This document shows, one piece after another, positions 48,903 to 51,247 of a DNA stretch of 51,247 bases. The notes under the pieces were generated by a model. It did not search any database, had not been told where the DNA came from, and was given only the letters and a program-made list of their open reading frames with translations. Position 1 is the first letter of the stretch, and each line of letters starts with the position of its first letter. The DNA is from Chromera velia (lineage: Eukaryota), in assembly GCA_018398765.1 (NCBI GenBank), contig JAHBMJ010000283.1, positions 1-51,247 of the forward strand, given 5' to 3'. Made by a program: the position numbers and the translations under genes.

Positions 48903-50435
48903 CCTCTCTCTCTCTGTGTGTGTGTGAGAGAGAGAGAGGGAAGGGGCACGCGGGTTGCTTCGTTTGCTGATCAACCTAATTTCCGTTTGTCTGCCATAAG
49001 GTTGTCTGTCTTTTTGGCTGCTCCTTTGCATCAGCTGTCGAAAGCTGGCTGTGTCAGTCCCCAGTTTGTCTTCGCGATCTGCTGCTGCGTGTTTTCGGGG
49101 GGCGGCCTGCCTTGCTTCCGCGTGAGTGTGGATGGCTGGCAAAAAGCGACTGTGTTTTTACGTTAGTCTTATCACCTGTATATGTGTATGAGTCCGTGAG
49201 TATGCGTGTGCTGATAACTGTTTCTGCGTGTGTGCGAACTCGTCGGTACCTGCAGGGGGGGGCGGAGAGTCTACCGTCAGTCGCTTGGCTCTTTCCTTCT
49301 GCTCTTTCCTACCCTCGCTGTCTGCCTCGCCGTCCCATTCTTTTCTGTCGGTCTTTGTGGTTGTATCGGTTTCGTCAACGTGCACCTGTCCCTCGGTGAA
49401 AGCCTGGCGATGTGGGCGTGCGTTCGAGAGAGTGAGGGAGCCTGCTCGACAGACAAACAAACAAACAACCAGAAAGAAAGAGAGAAAGACAAAGAGAAGA
49501 AAGAAGGGCCACTGGGAGTGTACCGTGTTTTTTTCTTTTTGCCCTCCCGACTTTCCTTTTTGATTTCATCCACATGAGCGCAGAGACAGTCCCAGGCGGC
49601 TTCTATCGCCATCACTGCGGTGGCCTTCACTCCCTCCGCACTCGACGAACGGTGGGTCTTCTTTTGTATGCCTGCTTGTGGAATTTCTGTATATCCTGCC
49701 GCCTCCTCCTAGGGAATTTTATTATTCTTATCCTTCTACTGTCTTATTGGCGTTTTTCCTTTTTGTTCCGTCTCCTTTTCGTCTTGCTCTCTGGCATGCA
49801 TCTGGCCATCGTCTTGTTCATGGTCTTCGCTCACCGCCATTGAACTCTTTTCCATACTCCCTTCCGAAATTGCTCACCTGCTTCTTCTCTTGCTTCTTCA
49901 CGCCAACCTCTGCTCTATCGCTTTTCCTCTACTTTCTTCCCTTCTGCAGATTGACCGCCACAGCCTACCAAGCCTCGAGATTGAAGAAAAACGTAGGCAA
50001 GCAAGGAGTCAGAAAGTCACTAAGTCAAAAGAGCGAGGCAGACATAGAAAGACACGGACAGAGGGAGCGAGGGGCAAGAGGAAGAAAAACAGGAAACGAC
50101 GGAGGAACGGCAGAAAGAAAAGAGAGATGAAAGGAGTAGCGGACGTTCTGAAAGGAGGCCAGAGTAGGAGGAAAGCAGAGAGAATCCGATCAAGATACTG
50201 CATAGAGATCCTTGAGAAGTCGATGGCAGAGAAGGAGGGAGGGAGGCATGCTTAGTAGAACGCAGTTAAGAGTGTGTGGAGAGACTGAGTGAGAGAACCT
50301 CTGGTAATTTTGCTGAAATTCTGTCTATATGTGCATAAATTCAGGTGTTGACGAGTCGAAGGTATTCGACCGAGTTCGCAGACATGTCTCTGTGCGGTGC
50401 TGCACTGGAATTTGGGGTCTGTCTGTAGGTCTGTG

Positions 50436-50471
<36 letters not shown>

Positions 50472-50785
50472 CGGCCTTCTCTTTCTCTCTGTTATTATCC
50501 TTATGTGCCGGTCTGTCCCTCTCGTTTGTGTTTGTTCTTTCGCTCTGTCTGCGCTTCATATTTTCATTTGCATGGACTCACGAAAGAAACAGATTCACCG
50601 CTACTTGGACCCCCGTCTTTCCTCCCGCCCTCTTCCTTTCTCTTGATTTTCTTCTTTCTTTGCTCTTCCTCCCCTAACCTTCCCCTTTCATTGTTGGAAT
50701 GCAGCCAGGGACAGAGGAGGCGAACAGGATAGTGTTCGAAGACCATCTGATTTCATTCCAACAACTCGCAGTCAGTGTCTGCATG

Positions 50786-50861
<76 letters not shown>

Positions 50862-51123
50862 CGTGCATGTATGTGTGTGCGTGCGTGTGTATGTGTGTAC
50901 AAGGTCACCTTCTTCCCCTATGGACTTTGAGGATCTGCCTGCCTACATACGAGAATCTCTTTGCTATTCGTCTGTCTTTCGAATACCCTTAACAAGACTC
51001 TTGGTGATTTGGCTGTCTTCTTCAGGATCAACCGGCAATCTGGAACAACCCAGCTTTGGTCTTCAGATTCAACGGGAAGCCGCCCTACTTGCCCGCACCA
51101 GTCGCGTTTCCGATGATCGCACA
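47577..51123 (+). CDS. Lipin (phosphatidate phosphatase, PAH1/Ned1 family), 5' part; continues beyond the window
   Basis: N-LIP domain in exons 47577-47747 (NGATMSGAMDIIVV..DG...HVRFG) and 48243-48332 (MKVGRYGEAYF). Lipin-middle domain in exons 50345-50416 (MSLCGAAL), 50705-50770 (FEDHLISFQQL) and 51026-51123 (NPALVFRFNG..Y...VAFPMI). Intervening exons (e.g. 48748-48838) are only partly resolved. Confidence 0.88.
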
Positions 51124-51247
51124 GTGAGTCATAATCAGTCAGGGAGGCAGAGAAGGATCGAGAGTTCAGGCAGGAATGTCGACACGCTGCTCTTCGTTCG
51201 CTTTTTCGTGTGTGGGGGGGGCGGGGGGGGGGGGGGGGGGGGGGGGG

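Overview
Eukaryotic nuclear DNA from an intron-rich protist with a complex (secondary) plastid. Bipartite signal+transit leaders, microsatellite-filled GT-AG introns and frequent TGCATGCA motifs suggest a chromerid alveolate such as Chromera; this is inference, not a database result. I can support 11 protein-coding genes, most reconstructed exon by exon with frame-consistent splice sites: an OB-fold/SAM methyltransferase, a secreted papain-like protein, an MDR NADPH oxidoreductase, a plastid-leader oligoribonuclease, a putative thylakoid-lumen protein, a DegT/DnrJ PLP aminotransferase, a plastid type II peroxiredoxin, an SH3-like protein, a PI-PLC X-domain protein, a GFA/CENP-V protein and a lipin cut off by the window end. 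Genes are mostly paired head-to-head around short CpG-rich promoter cores. Intergenic islands hold mobile elements: two members of one TIR family with perfect 8-bp TSDs (hAT-like), a non-autonomous LTR element with non-CA ends and an extended tRNA-complementary PBS, LINE 3' remnants with microsatellite tails, and an OTU-protease pseudogene. These islands are AT-, TpA- and CTAG-rich, which suggests RIP-like C-to-T hypermutation of repeats.
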